64,000 bases of DNA from Dudresnaya verticillata (Eukaryota): the NCBI GenBank assembly GCA_977862235.1, contig OZ374565.1, positions 2,480,001 to 2,544,000 of the forward strand, written 5' to 3'. Position 1 is the first letter of the stretch. The number at the start of each line of letters is the position of its first letter. The position numbers were made by a program, and so were the translations under genes. The notes beneath the pieces are model-generated. The model searched no databases. It had not been told where the DNA came from and saw only the letters and a list, made by a program, of their open reading frames with translations. Positions 8,115 to 20,400 of this stretch are shown here, piece by piece.

Positions 8115-11100
8115 TTCAACTTTATAACAGGTGACCATATTCTAATATTTGTCGACGTACAATCTACTGTAGTATCACAACAAAGTTAAACCCCAACTCA
8201 AAACAACCTGCACATCTACACCTCCTGTTGGATCCCTTCCATCAGGCACTTGACGTTGTTCTGCACCAGTCGCGCCGCGTGCCTGTGGAACAGAGCCGCT
8301 CGCGAAACACCGCGAGTTACCATGGCCCGAGAAGCCACGGTATCCGCCAACTCTTGCATATACTTGTGCGCCTCCGGGTGCCAGCCACCTAGTGTGGTCA
8401 TCGGCACCGGCACAAGCCTTGCCCCCGGTCCGGCAGCCTGGATGAAGCCACGATAAGTCCGCACCTTGTCAGCGTGGGCGTTCTTCAGCGTCCCTTGCGG
8501 GTTTGTTATGCAGCTGAGAATGCGTTGTTCTGACGACAGTGGATGACTGATTGTGACGTCCAGGTAGTCCGTTCCTCCTTCTGTTCCAAGCGCCTTGATG
8601 TCCGGCCGATCCAAGTGAGCCCCCACAGGGCGGGGCTCCACAATCGGGGTGCGTGTCGCACGTTTCAGATCCGAAGCCAGCAGACGAACCTGAGAGTCGT
8701 GGCGCCACGACCGAGGAGATCCGCTGTTCCGCATGCCGTTCGGACAAATCAGCAGATGGTCGCCGTGAACATCCATCATCTTCTTGCACCCGGCCCGAGG
8801 ACACTCCGTGTCGGGTTCCAGCAGTGGAATCCGACAGTAGAATCGAAGCCATACGCGGTAGTCCCGATCCGCAATGTACGTCTTCATGCCTGGTGCCGGC
8901 TGGCACTTGAGCCAGTCCTTGGCGCCCGGCACGCCAAGGGAAGCTCGGAAAGCTTGCGTCCGCCTGTCCCCGAGCGGCAGCTCGGCTTGCACTTTCTTCA
9001 GAACCAACCGCGTCAAGTCCCGCTGGCGCGGGCACTCGTCGCTGTCGATCTTCTCCAGGTCCAGGGCATCCTCACTATGGCACTTGGCGCTCCAGTCTTC
9101 GTGCGCTTCTACTGCAAAAGGATCGTCAGAAAGAGCAGTGTTCACAGAAGCGGGTAAGATAGAACGCAGTAAGTTGCGGGTCAGTGAAAGGGACGCCAAA
9201 AACGCGCTCGAGTTCATGTCGCCAGCTCCCGAAATACCGATTCCGAAGCTGGGCTCTTTCGTGCGCAGGGGAAGCTGAAGTTCGCGGAAGGTGTCCCTCG
9301 GTAGGACTCCTCCCACGAGCTTGCGCATGCAAGCCTCAATCTTCTGGTCGAAGAGCTCGGCGCCCTTTGCCGTGGCGGATGATGGAACTACTCGCAGCAG
9401 GTAGTTCAGCCGGCAGACTCCGGCACAGTTGCGGAGTAGAGTGATGGCCACGTGTAGGTCTTCTAGTCCCGAAATTGCGTCCAGCAGGGGCTGGATGGAC
9501 TCGACATGGCCATTCACGCTCTCCTCCATGTAGTTCTGCGTTCCAATCGGAGCCTGAAGTACTGTAGTGCCTTCTCCGTAGCTCTGCCCAAGATCCGACG
9601 GGTAGGCAGCGCAGTCTTCTGGGTCGGGTGCAGTAGGCCACCAAACAGTACACTTGTCCATGCGCAGGTGGAAGCCATAGCCCTTAGCTTCCTCGGAGTC
9701 AAAGAAGGACAGAACCTTCCTGAGTACGGCGTGTTTCGCCACGATGACGCCGTCGTCCAGGTAGAACAGTGACAGCAGCAAGTTGTTCGCCCCCTCCGCT
9801 TGCTGATTGCGGCCCGAGCGCCGCAGGTCGGCGGTGAGTTCCTTCAACTGTTTGATCAGTGCCTGCAGCACCAAAGCAAACAGTAACGGCCCGAGCGGGT
9901 CACCTTGCTGTACACCAGTGACACTCCGCAGTAGAGTGTCACCCATCCACAGGTGCGGGCCCTCAGAGTCATAACAGTATCTGACCCACGGTAGTAGTTC
10001 AGGCATATGTCGGCGGACCTCCTTCATGAATGCTTTGCGGCTGACAAGGTTGAAGGCATTCTTCAAGTCCACTTGTAGCAACCCGTAGGACTTGTCATGG
10101 CCGTGAGACTTCTGCAGCTTCCGGACCGCGTGTACAATGGCTTCTGTGCCGCCCGAGGTTGCGACCCCGAGCTGAAGCGGTTCGAGGTATGCCTTGGCCT
10201 TGGGAGCGACTCTGGTCATGAGCATAGAGCTCACGAGTCGTCGGATTGTCTCTCCTACAGCAATGGGGCGGACACCGCCGGTGCGCTTCTTCAGAGCCGT
10301 GAGAGGAGCGCTGGCAATCCAAGGCGACAGCTCCGCAGGTCCTGCGCCGCTGGCCAGCACGTTGACCATTTTGGTGAGCCCGCCAAGCAGGCCCGTGTGC
10401 TCGTGAGTGGTCGGGACTGAGAGCAGTTCCTGCAGATGCGTCGGTGATAGTCCTGTTCCCCCCGAGGCCGAAGCCCGGGGGAACTTGGCCACTGCTTTTC
10501 GTACTTCGTCGGCTGTGAAAGGCACGAAGTCAGGCATGGTCGGCAGCGGTTCGGACTGGTCAAGCTCGTGGTCCGCGTCGGTTTGCGGTACGGACTGCGG
10601 GTGCTTGTCCTTCATGGACTGTATCACAGAGTCTGTGGCTGGGGCGATTCCATCAGAGTCTAGAGCTGCTGCTGCCTTACTGTAGGCGCCCTCCTTTGCA
10701 AGGCGAAGGGCTCGTGAGGCATTGATACGGCGTTGCTCTTCTGCGGAAGGCGCAGTCTGCTCACGGAATGTCGAGCCCTTCAAGGCCTCCTGCCATAGGG
10801 CGTCGTAATCCTTGAGTCCCCAGCGTCGGATTCGATCGCGGAAGGTGCCGATCGAGGACGCAGAGGTTGACGCGCTGGCCCTTGCACTCGCGGCGGGAGG
10901 ATTGGACAAGACGGCTGCTGGAAAAAGCAGGAATGCAGTGAGCTCTTTGGTGGCTTCCTGAGAGTTGGTTGCGTTCGTAAAAGCCCATACCGTCTTGGAC
11001 AGTGCGTCGCGCACCTCGGCGCGGACGCGAGACGGTATATGTGTGACCATAGGGATATGCGAGCGACAGATGTCTTCGACCGCCGGCAGAAGCTGCCCTC

Positions 11101-12754
11101 CTGGACCCCGCGCAACGGGTGGGGTTTGCGCAGTTGGTACCTCTCGAGTAGCAGGTACCGGTGCAGGAGGCGGCTCCTGGCTGTCCGGGATTCGTCGCGG
11201 GGCTGGCAGGATATCGTCCGCTGGCTCGCCGTCCTCGGGTTGCGTCTCCGTGACCGCGTCCAGAGCAGGAGACTGTGATGGCGCGGCTACAGTTTCTTCA
11301 CGGCTCGGTGTCGTCAATTGGTTGGACGGGACGTGGGAGAACGCCGGAGTGCGAGTAGCGGGACATGCGCTGCAATTCTTGTACCGCATACTGTACATGC
11401 CTTCACTGTTCATGCGGGAGCTACAGTGGGTGGGCATGTACTTGTTGTGAGTCACACAGTACCATACTCCATAGTCCAGGAGCTGCTGCTTGAGAGGCTC
11501 GATGTCGGTCCTCGTCGGTGGTCCTCGCCTGCCAGGAACATGCATCTTCCGCAGGTGCATGAGTAGCGCTTCTACAGTAGGCAGTGAGGACGACTGGCAG
11601 CCCAGAGGACAGCTGGTACTGTTTGTCGGGCGGTGTTTTGCCGAAGGCATAAAGCATGGAGAGAGCCATACCTTCGGCATGTCGGGGTGCTGCTGACCAA
11701 TCATGGTTACAGCGCTGGGTAAGGTACCTGTAAAGGTCCTCTACAGTAGGTTCCCACGGGGCACAGACCTCCTAACCGGGACGCAAGCCTGTCGTCCGTC
11801 GTCAGTCTGTTCGGGACACCTCCAGAGGGTGCTACAGGTGGCCTTGCTGCGAGATGAGGGCCTCTTCGCAGCGTAGGGCGCGAGATCGCGCACTTTGCGC
11901 ACGAGCTCGCGCAAAAGGGCGCGCGTGTTAGCGTTCGTGCGCGCAGAGTTATCGGACGTTCCCTTCCCTGCCGCAGCTGAGAAGACTCTCTTCACTGCGG
12001 TCCTGTAACGCGCGGTACTTCTCGTTTGCACAAGCTCTCAATGGGGTCGCAGAACCACCGTTTACCTGTGAGTGCCCACAGGATTTTTGGCCTCCCCCGA
12101 AGGTTCGCTGGCAGGACGTTCGCTCGATCTTAGAAGGGGTGGTTTCAAAACAGGATCCACCAGGCTTAAGCCACGTTACCCCAACTTCGACGTTGCTTGG
12201 CACGTTTCTGCGATGAGCTTGTGGGTCACGAGCCGCCTACCACTCAAGGTCGAGGGTCTTTGGCGATTCCCACACTTGTAGGTCTCTCGGCACTTCCCGA
12301 AGGAAGATTTTACAGGACAAGCCTGGCCTTTACCAATCTGTCAGTTGAAGGGTGTGAAACCCCTCTGTCGACAGTCCACGGCAGCCTAGACAGAGTCTAG
12401 GCTGTGCCGGGTACAAGCAAAACGCGTACAGGGCCAGGGAAAGAAAGATAAGTCAGTGGGGCCCGGGCAAATTTCAAGGTGAGGGATCACCTTAAAAGTA
12501 AGCGCAAAATAGGAAACGCGTGACCGTCGGCGACGACGGCGGCGGCGACGGCGGCGACGACGACGGCGTCGCGGCGCAGATCGGCGGCGCGGAAAGAGAC
12601 AAAAGTAGACCGCGCTCGCCCGCCCGCGAAGGTGAAGGGCTGAAAAACCCCGCACCGACGCGCCGTCGCGCGCTCGAACAGGCGGCACCGCCGCCGAAAA
12701 GATCGGTGCAGAACTTGCTGAGAAATCTCCGAAACAAAAAATTCGGCAGATCGC
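8115..12754 (-). mobile_element. Full-length retrotransposon, copy 2
   Basis: 3' end joined directly to 5S +89; intact ORF. Confidence 0.95.
8216..11704 (-). CDS. 1162-aa RT/RLE polyprotein
   Basis: ORF track; same motifs as copy 1. Confidence 0.95.
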   Translation of the reverse strand: MIGQQHPDMPKVWLSPCFMPSAKHRPTNSTSCPLGCQSSSLPTVEALLMHLRKMHVPGRRGPPTRTDIEPLKQQLLDYGVWYCVTHNKYMPTHCSSRMNSEGMYSMRYKNCSACPATRTPAFSHVPSNQLTTPSREETVAAPSQSPALDAVTETQPEDGEPADDILPAPRRIPDSQEPPPAPVPATREVPTAQTPPVARGPGGQLLPAVEDICRSHIPMVTHIPSRVRAEVRDALSKTVWAFTNATNSQEATKELTAFLLFPAAVLSNPPAASARASASTSASSIGTFRDRIRRWGLKDYDALWQEALKGSTFREQTAPSAEEQRRINASRALRLAKEGAYSKAAAALDSDGIAPATDSVIQSMKDKHPQSVPQTDADHELDQSEPLPTMPDFVPFTADEVRKAVAKFPRASASGGTGLSPTHLQELLSVPTTHEHTGLLGGLTKMVNVLASGAGPAELSPWIASAPLTALKKRTGGVRPIAVGETIRRLVSSMLMTRVAPKAKAYLEPLQLGVATSGGTEAIVHAVRKLQKSHGHDKSYGLLQVDLKNAFNLVSRKAFMKEVRRHMPELLPWVRYCYDSEGPHLWMGDTLLRSVTGVQQGDPLGPLLFALVLQALIKQLKELTADLRRSGRNQQAEGANNLLLSLFYLDDGVIVAKHAVLRKVLSFFDSEEAKGYGFHLRMDKCTVWWPTAPDPEDCAAYPSDLGQSYGEGTTVLQAPIGTQNYMEESVNGHVESIQPLLDAISGLEDLHVAITLLRNCAGVCRLNYLLRVVPSSATAKGAELFDQKIEACMRKLVGGVLPRDTFRELQLPLRTKEPSFGIGISGAGDMNSSAFLASLSLTRNLLRSILPASVNTALSDDPFAVEAHEDWSAKCHSEDALDLEKIDSDECPRQRDLTRLVLKKVQAELPLGDRRTQAFRASLGVPGAKDWLKCQPAPGMKTYIADRDYRVWLRFYCRIPLLEPDTECPRAGCKKMMDVHGDHLLICPNGMRNSGSPRSWRHDSQVRLLASDLKRATRTPIVEPRPVGAHLDRPDIKALGTEGGTDYLDVTISHPLSSEQRILSCITNPQGTLKNAHADKVRTYRGFIQAAGPGARLVPVPMTTLGGWHPEAHKYMQELADTVASRAMVTRGVSRAALFHRHAARLVQNNVKCLMEGIQQEV

Positions 12755-12798
12755 GAGGGGTTCTCCGGGTACTGAGGTGAGGACTGAGGTCAGGTGAG

Positions 12799-15700
12799 TT
12801 CAACTTTATAACAGGTGACCATATTCTAATATTTGTCGACGTACAATCTACTGTAGTATCACAACAAAGTTAAACCCCAACTCAAAACAACCTGCACATC
12901 TACACCTCCTGTTGGATCCCTTCCATCAGGCACTTGACGTTGTTCTGCACCAGTCGCGCCGCGTGCCTGTGGAACAGAGCCGCTCGCGAAACACCGCGAG
13001 TTACCATGGCCCGAGAAGCCACGGTATCCGCCAACTCTTGCATATACTTGTGCGCCTCCGGGTGCCAGCCACCTAGTGTGGTCATCGGCACCGGCACAAG
13101 CCTTGCCCCCGGTCCGGCAGCCTGGATGAAGCCACGGTAAGTCCGCACCTTGTCAGCGTGGGCGTTCTTCAGCGTCCCTTGCGGGTTTGTTATGCAGCTG
13201 AGAATGCGTTGTTCTGACGACAGTGGATGACTGATTGTGACGTCCAGGTAGTCCGTTCCTCCTTCTGTTCCAAGCGCCTTGATGTCCGGCCGATCCAAGT
13301 GAGCCCCCACAGGGCGGGGCTCCACAATCGGGGTGCGTGTCGCACGTTTCAGATCCGAAGCCAGCAGACGAACCTGAGAGTCGTGGCGCCACGACCGAGG
13401 AGATCCGCTGTTCCGCATGCCGTTCGGACAAATCAGCAGATGGTCGCCGTGAACATCCATCATCTTCTTGCACCCGGCCCGAGGACACTCCGTGTCGGGT
13501 TCCAGCAGTGGAATCCGACAGTAGAATCGAAGCCATACGCGGTAGTCCCGATCCGCAATGTACGTCTTCATGCCTGGTGCCGGCTGGCACTTGAGCCAGT
13601 CCTTGGCGCCCGGCACGCCAAGGGAAGCTCGGAAAGCTTGCGTCCGCCTGTCCCCGAGCGGCAGCTCGGCTTGCACTTTCTTCAGAACCAACCGCGTCAA
13701 GTCCCGCTGGCGCGGGCACTCGTCGCTGTCGATCTTCTTCAGGTCCAGGGCATCCTCACTATGGCACTTGGCGCTCCAGTCTTCGTGCGCTTCTACTGCA
13801 AAAGGATCGTCAGAAAGAGCAGTGTTCACAGAAGCGGGTAAGATAGAACGCAGTAAGTTGCGGGTCAGTGAAAGGGACGCCAAAAACGCGCTCGAGTTCA
13901 TGTCGCCAGCTCCCGAAATACCGATTCCGAAGCTGGGCTCTTTCGTGCGCAGGGGAAGCTGAAGTTCGCGGAAGGTGTCCCTCGGTAGGACTCCTCCCAC
14001 GAGCTTGCGCATGCAAGCCTCAATCTTCTGGTCGAAGAGCTCGGCGCCCTTTGCCGTGGCGGATGATGGAACTACTCGCAGCAGGTAGTTCAGCCGGCAG
14101 ACTCCGGCACAGTTGCGGAGTAGAGTGATGGCCACGTGTAGGTCTTCTAGTCCCGAAATTGCGTCCAGCAGGGGCTGGATGGACTCGACATGGCCATTCA
14201 CGCTCTCCTCCATGTAGTTCTGCGTTCCAATCGGAGCCTGAAGTACTGTAGTGCCTTCTCCGTAGCTCTGCCCAAGATCCGACGGGTAGGCAGCGCAGTC
14301 TTCTGGGTCGGGTGCAGTAGGCCACCAAACAGTACACTTGTCCATGCGCAGGTGGAAGCCATAGCCCTTAGCTTCCTCGGAGTCAAAGAAGGACAGAACC
14401 TTCCTGAGTACGGCGTGTTTCGCCACGATGACGCCGTCGTCCAGGTAGAACAGTGACAGCAGCAAGTTGTTCGCCCCCTCCGCTTGCTGATTGCGGCCCG
14501 AGCGCCGCAGGTCGGCGGTGAGTTCCTTCAACTGTTTGATCAGTGCCTGCAGCACCAAAGCAAACAGTAACGGCCCGAGCGGGTCACCTTGCTGTACACC
14601 AGTGACACTCCGCAGTAGAGTGTCACCCATCCACAGGTGCGGGCCCTCAGAGTCATAACAGTATCTGACCCACGGTAGTAGTTCAGGCATATGTCGGCGG
14701 ACCTCCTTCATGAATGCTTTGCGGCTGACAAGGTTGAAGGCATTCTTCAAGTCCACTTGTAGCAACCCGTAGGACTTGTCATGGCCGTGAGACTTCTGCA
14801 GCTTCCGGACCGCGTGTACAATGGCTTCTGTGCCGCCCGAGGTTGCGACCCCGAGCTGAAGCGGTTCGAGGTATGCCTTGGCCTTGGGAGCGACTCTGGT
14901 CATGAGCATAGAGCTCACGAGTCGTCGGATTGTCTCTCCTACAGCAATGGGGCGGACACCGCCGGTGCGCTTCTTCAGAGCCGTGAGAGGAGCGCTGGCA
15001 ATCCAAGGCGACAGCTCCGCAGGTCCTGCGCCGCTGGCCAGCACGTTGACCATTTTGGTGAGCCCGCCAAGCAGGCCCGTGTGCTCGTGAGTGGTCGGGA
15101 CTGAGAGCAGTTCCTGCAGATGCGTCGGTGATAGTCCTGTTCCCCCCGAGGCCGAAGCCCGGGGGAACTTGGCCACTGCTTTTCGTACTTCGTCGGCTGT
15201 GAAAGGCACGAAGTCAGGCATGGTCGGCAGCGGTTCGGACTGGTCAAGCTCGTGGTCCGCGTCGGTTTGCGGTACGGACTGCGGGTGCTTGTCCTTCATG
15301 GACTGTATCACAGAGTCTGTGGCTGGGGCGATTCCATCAGAGTCTAGAGCTGCTGCTGCCTTACTGTAGGCGCCCTCCTTTGCAAGGCGAAGGGCTCGTG
15401 AGGCATTGATACGGCGTTGCTCTTCTGCGGAAGGCGCAGTCTGCTCACGGAATGTCGAGCCCTTCAAGGCCTCCTGCCATAGGGCGTCGTAATCCTTGAG
15501 TCCCCAGCGTCGGATTCGATCGCGGAAGGTGCCGATCGAGGACGCAGAGGTTGACGCGCTGGCCCTTGCACTCGCGGCGGGAGGATTGGACAAGACGGCT
15601 GCTGGAAAAAGCAGGAATGCAGTGAGCTCTTTGGTGGCTTCCTGAGAGTTGGTTGCGTTCGTAAAAGCCCATACCGTCTTGGACAGTGCGTCGCGCACCT

Positions 15701-17438
15701 CGGCGCGGACGCGAGACGGTATATGTGTGACCATAGGGATATGCGAGCGACAGATGTCTTCGACCGCCGGCAGAAGCTGCCCTCCTGGACCCCGCGCAAC
15801 GGGTGGGGTTTGCGCAGTTGGTACCTCTCGAGTAGCAGGTACCGGTGCAGGAGGCGGCTCCTGGCTGTCCGGGATTCGTCGCGGGGCTGGCAGGATATCG
15901 TCCGCTGGCTCGCCGTCCTCGGGTTGCGTCTCCGTGACCGCGTCCAGAGCAGGAGACTGTGATGGCGCGGCTACAGTTTCTTCACGGCTCGGTGTCGTCA
16001 ATTGGTTGGACGGGACGTGGGAGAACGCCGGAGTGCGAGTAGCGGGACATGCGCTGCAATTCTTGTACCGCATACTGTACATGCCTTCACTGTTCATGCG
16101 GGAGCTACAGTGGGTGGGCATGTACTTGTTGTGAGTCACACAGTACCATACTCCATAGTCCAGGAGCTGCTGCTTGAGAGGCTCGATGTCGGTCCTCGTC
16201 GGTGGTCCTCGCCTGCCAGGAACATGCATCTTCCGCAGGTGCATGAGTAGCGCTTCTACAGTAGGCAGTGAGGACGACTGGCAGCCCAGAGGACAGCTGG
16301 TACTGTTTGTCGGGCGGTGTTTTGCCGAAGGCATAAAGCATGGAGAGAGCCATACCTTCGGCATGTCGGGGTGCTGCTGACCAATCATGGTTACAGCGCT
16401 GGGTAAGGTACCTGTAAAGGTCCTCTACAGTAGGTTCCCACGGGGCACAGACCTCCTAACCGGGACGCAAGCCTGTCGTCCGTCGTCAGTCTGTTCGGGA
16501 CACCTCCAGAGGGTGCTACAGGTGGCCTTGCTGCGAGATGAGGGCCTCTTCGCAGCGTAGGGCGCGAGATCGCGCACTTTGCGCACGAGCTCGCGCAAAA
16601 GGGCGCGCGTGTTAGCGTTCGTGCGCGCAGAGTTATCGGACGTTCCCTTCCCTGCCGCAGCTGAGAAGACTCTCTTCACTGCGGTCCTGTAACGCGCGGT
16701 ACTTCTCGTTTGCACAAGCTCTCAATGGGGTCGCAGAACCACCGTTTACCTGTGAGTGCCCACAGGATTTTTGGCCTCCCCCGAAGGTTCGCTGGCAGGA
16801 CGTTCGCTCGATCTTAGAAGGGGTGGTTTCAAAACAGGATCCACCAGGCTTAAGCCACGTTACCCCAACTTCGACGTTGCTTGGCACGTTTCTGCGATGA
16901 GCTTGTGGGTCACGAGCCGCCTACCACTCAAGGTCGAGGGTCTTTGGCGATTCCCACACTTGTAGGTCTCTCGGCACTTCCCGAAGGAAGATTTTACAGG
17001 ACAAGCCTGGCCTTTACCAATCTGTCAGTTGAAGGGTGTGAAACCCCTCTGTCGACAGTCCACGGCAGCCTAGACAGAGTCTAGGCTGTGCCGGGTACAA
17101 GCAAAACGCGTACAGGGCCAGGGAAAGAAAGATAAGTCAGTGGGGCCCGGGCAAATTTCAAGGTGAGGGATCACCTTAAAAGTAAGCGCAAAATAGGAAA
17201 CGCGTGACCGTCGGCGACGACGGCGGCGGCGACGGCGGCGACGACGACGGCGTCGCGGCGCAGATCGGCGGCGCGGAAAGAGACAAAAGTAGACCGCGCT
17301 CGCCCGCCCGCGAAGGTGAAGGGCTGAAAAACCCCGCACCGACGCGCCGTCGCGCGCTCGAACAGGCGGCACCGCCGCCGAAAAGATCGGTGCAGAACTT
17401 GCTGAGAAATCTCCGAAACAAAAAATTCGGCAGATCGC
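12799..17438 (-). mobile_element. Full-length retrotransposon, copy 3
   Basis: Tandem copy bounded by target-derived junctions. Confidence 0.95.
12900..16388 (-). CDS. 1162-aa RT/RLE polyprotein (LDLKK variant)
   Basis: ORF track. Confidence 0.95.
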   Translation of the reverse strand: MIGQQHPDMPKVWLSPCFMPSAKHRPTNSTSCPLGCQSSSLPTVEALLMHLRKMHVPGRRGPPTRTDIEPLKQQLLDYGVWYCVTHNKYMPTHCSSRMNSEGMYSMRYKNCSACPATRTPAFSHVPSNQLTTPSREETVAAPSQSPALDAVTETQPEDGEPADDILPAPRRIPDSQEPPPAPVPATREVPTAQTPPVARGPGGQLLPAVEDICRSHIPMVTHIPSRVRAEVRDALSKTVWAFTNATNSQEATKELTAFLLFPAAVLSNPPAASARASASTSASSIGTFRDRIRRWGLKDYDALWQEALKGSTFREQTAPSAEEQRRINASRALRLAKEGAYSKAAAALDSDGIAPATDSVIQSMKDKHPQSVPQTDADHELDQSEPLPTMPDFVPFTADEVRKAVAKFPRASASGGTGLSPTHLQELLSVPTTHEHTGLLGGLTKMVNVLASGAGPAELSPWIASAPLTALKKRTGGVRPIAVGETIRRLVSSMLMTRVAPKAKAYLEPLQLGVATSGGTEAIVHAVRKLQKSHGHDKSYGLLQVDLKNAFNLVSRKAFMKEVRRHMPELLPWVRYCYDSEGPHLWMGDTLLRSVTGVQQGDPLGPLLFALVLQALIKQLKELTADLRRSGRNQQAEGANNLLLSLFYLDDGVIVAKHAVLRKVLSFFDSEEAKGYGFHLRMDKCTVWWPTAPDPEDCAAYPSDLGQSYGEGTTVLQAPIGTQNYMEESVNGHVESIQPLLDAISGLEDLHVAITLLRNCAGVCRLNYLLRVVPSSATAKGAELFDQKIEACMRKLVGGVLPRDTFRELQLPLRTKEPSFGIGISGAGDMNSSAFLASLSLTRNLLRSILPASVNTALSDDPFAVEAHEDWSAKCHSEDALDLKKIDSDECPRQRDLTRLVLKKVQAELPLGDRRTQAFRASLGVPGAKDWLKCQPAPGMKTYIADRDYRVWLRFYCRIPLLEPDTECPRAGCKKMMDVHGDHLLICPNGMRNSGSPRSWRHDSQVRLLASDLKRATRTPIVEPRPVGAHLDRPDIKALGTEGGTDYLDVTISHPLSSEQRILSCITNPQGTLKNAHADKVRTYRGFIQAAGPGARLVPVPMTTLGGWHPEAHKYMQELADTVASRAMVTRGVSRAALFHRHAARLVQNNVKCLMEGIQQEV

Positions 17439-17482
17439 GAGGGGTTCTCCGGGTACTGAGGTGAGGACTGAGGTCAGGTGAG

Positions 17483-20400
17483 TTCAACTTTATAACAGGT
17501 GACCATATTCTAATATTTGTCGACGTACAATCTACTGTAGTATCACAACAAAGTTAAACCCCAACTCAAAACAACCTGCACATCTACACCTCCTGTTGGA
17601 TCCCTTCCATCAGGCACTTGACGTTGTTCTGCACCAGTCGCGCCGCGTGCCTGTGGAACAGAGCCGCTCGCGAAACACCGCGAGTTACCATGGCCCGAGA
17701 AGCCACGGTATCCGCCAACTCTTGCATATACTTGTGCGCCTCCGGGTGCCAGCCACCTAGTGTGGTCATCGGCACCGGCACAAGCCTTGCCCCCGGTCCG
17801 GCAGCCTGGATGAAGCCACGGTAAGTCCGCACCTTGTCAGCGTGGGCGTTCTTCAGCGTCCCTTGCGGGTTTGTTATGCAGCTGAGAATGCGTTGTTCTG
17901 ACGACAGTGGATGACTGATTGTGACGTCCAGGTAGTCCGTTCCTCCTTCTGTTCCAAGCGCCTTGATGTCCGGCCGATCCAAGTGAGCCCCCACAGGGCG
18001 GGGCTCCACAATCGGGGTGCGTGTCGCACGTTTCAGATCCGAAGCCAGCAGACGAACCTGAGAGTCGTGGCGCCACGACCGAGGAGATCCGCTGTTCCGC
18101 ATGCCGTTCGGACAAATCAGCAGATGGTCGCCGTGAACATCCATCATCTTCTTGCACCCGGCCCGAGGACACTCCGTGTCGGGTTCCAGCAGTGGAATCC
18201 GACAGTAGAATCGAAGCCATACGCGGTAGTCCCGATCCGCAATGTACGTCTTCATGCCTGGTGCCGGCTGGCACTTGAGCCAGTCCTTGGCGCCCGGCAC
18301 GCCAAGGGAAGCTCGGAAAGCTTGCGTCCGCCTGTCCCCGAGCGGCAGCTCGGCTTGCACTTTCTTCAGAACCAACCGCGTCAAGTCCCGCTGGCGCGGG
18401 CACTCGTCGCTGTCGATCTTCTCCAGGTCCAGGGCATCCTCACTATGGCACTTGGCGCTCCAGTCTTCGTGCGCTTCTACTGCAAAAGGATCGTCAGAAA
18501 GAGCAGTGTTCACAGAAGCGGGTAAGATAGAACGCAGTAAGTTGCGGGTCAGTGAAAGGGACGCCAAAAACGCGCTCGAGTTCATGTCGCCAGCTCCCGA
18601 AATACCGATTCCGAAGCTGGGCTCTTTCGTGCGCAGGGGAAGCTGAAGTTCGCGGAAGGTGTCCCTCGGTAGGACTCCTCCCACGAGCTTGCGCATGCAA
18701 GCCTCAATCTTCTGGTCGAAGAGCTCGGCGCCCTTTGCCGTGGCGGATGATGGAACTACTCGCAGCAGGTAGTTCAGCCGGCAGACTCCGGCACAGTTGC
18801 GGAGTAGAGTGATGGCCACGTGTAGGTCTTCTAGTCCCGAAATTGCGTCCAGCAGGGGCTGGATGGACTCGACATGGCCATTCACGCTCTCCTCCATGTA
18901 GTTCTGCGTTCCAATCGGAGCCTGAAGTACTGTAGTGCCTTCTCCGTAGCTCTGCCCAAGATCCGACGGGTAGGCAGCGCAGTCTTCTGGGTCGGGTGCA
19001 GTAGGCCACCAAACAGTACACTTGTCCATGCGCAGGTGGAAGCCATAGCCCTTAGCTTCCTCGGAGTCAAAGAAGGACAGAACCTTCCTGAGTACGGCGT
19101 GTTTCGCCACGATGACGCCGTCGTCCAGGTAGAACAGTGACAGCAGCAAGTTGTTCGCCCCCTCCGCTTGCTGATTGCGGCCCGAGCGCCGCAGGTCGGC
19201 GGTGAGTTCCTTCAACTGTTTGATCAGTGCCTGCAGCACCAAAGCAAACAGTAACGGCCCGAGCGGGTCACCTTGCTGTACACCAGTGACACTCCGCAGT
19301 AGAGTGTCACCCATCCACAGGTGCGGGCCCTCAGAGTCATAACAGTATCTGACCCACGGTAGTAGTTCAGGCATATGTCGGCGGACCTCCTTCATGAATG
19401 CTTTGCGGCTGACAAGGTTGAAGGCATTCTTCAAGTCCACTTGTAGCAACCCGTAGGACTTGTCATGGCCGTGAGACTTCTGCAGCTTCCGGACCGCGTG
19501 TACAATGGCTTCTGTGCCGCCCGAGGTTGCGACCCCGAGCTGAAGCGGTTCGAGGTATGCCTTGGCCTTGGGAGCGACTCTGGTCATGAGCATAGAGCTC
19601 ACGAGTCGTCGGATTGTCTCTCCTACAGCAATGGGGCGGACACCGCCGGTGCGCTTCTTCAGAGCCGTGAGAGGAGCGCTGGCAATCCAAGGCGACAGCT
19701 CCGCAGGTCCTGCGCCGCTGGCCAGCACGTTGACCATTTTGGTGAGCCCGCCAAGCAGGCCCGTGTGCTCGTGAGTGGTCGGGACTGAGAGCAGTTCCTG
19801 CAGATGCGTCGGTGATAGTCCTGTTCCCCCCGAGGCCGAAGCCCGGGGGAACTTGGCCACTGCTTTTCGTACTTCGTCGGCTGTGAAAGGCACGAAGTCA
19901 GGCATGGTCGGCAGCGGTTCGGACTGGTCAAGCTCGTGGTCCGCGTCGGTTTGCGGTACGGACTGCGGGTGCTTGTCCTTCATGGACTGTATCACAGAGT
20001 CTGTGGCTGGGGCGATTCCATCAGAGTCTAGAGCTGCTGCTGCCTTACTGTAGGCGCCCTCCTTTGCAAGGCGAAGGGCTCGTGAGGCATTGATACGGCG
20101 TTGCTCTTCTGCGGAAGGCGCAGTCTGCTCACGGAATGTCGAGCCCTTCAAGGCCTCCTGCCATAGGGCGTCGTAATCCTTGAGTCCCCAGCGTCGGATT
20201 CGATCGCGGAAGGTGCCGATCGAGGACGCAGAGGTTGACGCGCTGGCCCTTGCACTCGCCGCGGGAGGATTGGACAAGACGGCTGCTGGAAAAAGCAGGA
20301 ATGCAGTGAGCTCTTTGGTGGCTTCCTGAGAGTTGGTTGCGTTCGTAAAAGCCCATACCGTCTTGGACAGTGCGTCGCGCACCTCGGCGCGGACGCGAGA

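Noticed and set aside
7776..8138. 120-aa ORF and other short spacer ORFs
   Set aside because: Chimeric across element 3' UTR, antisense 5S and spacer; no coding hallmarks.
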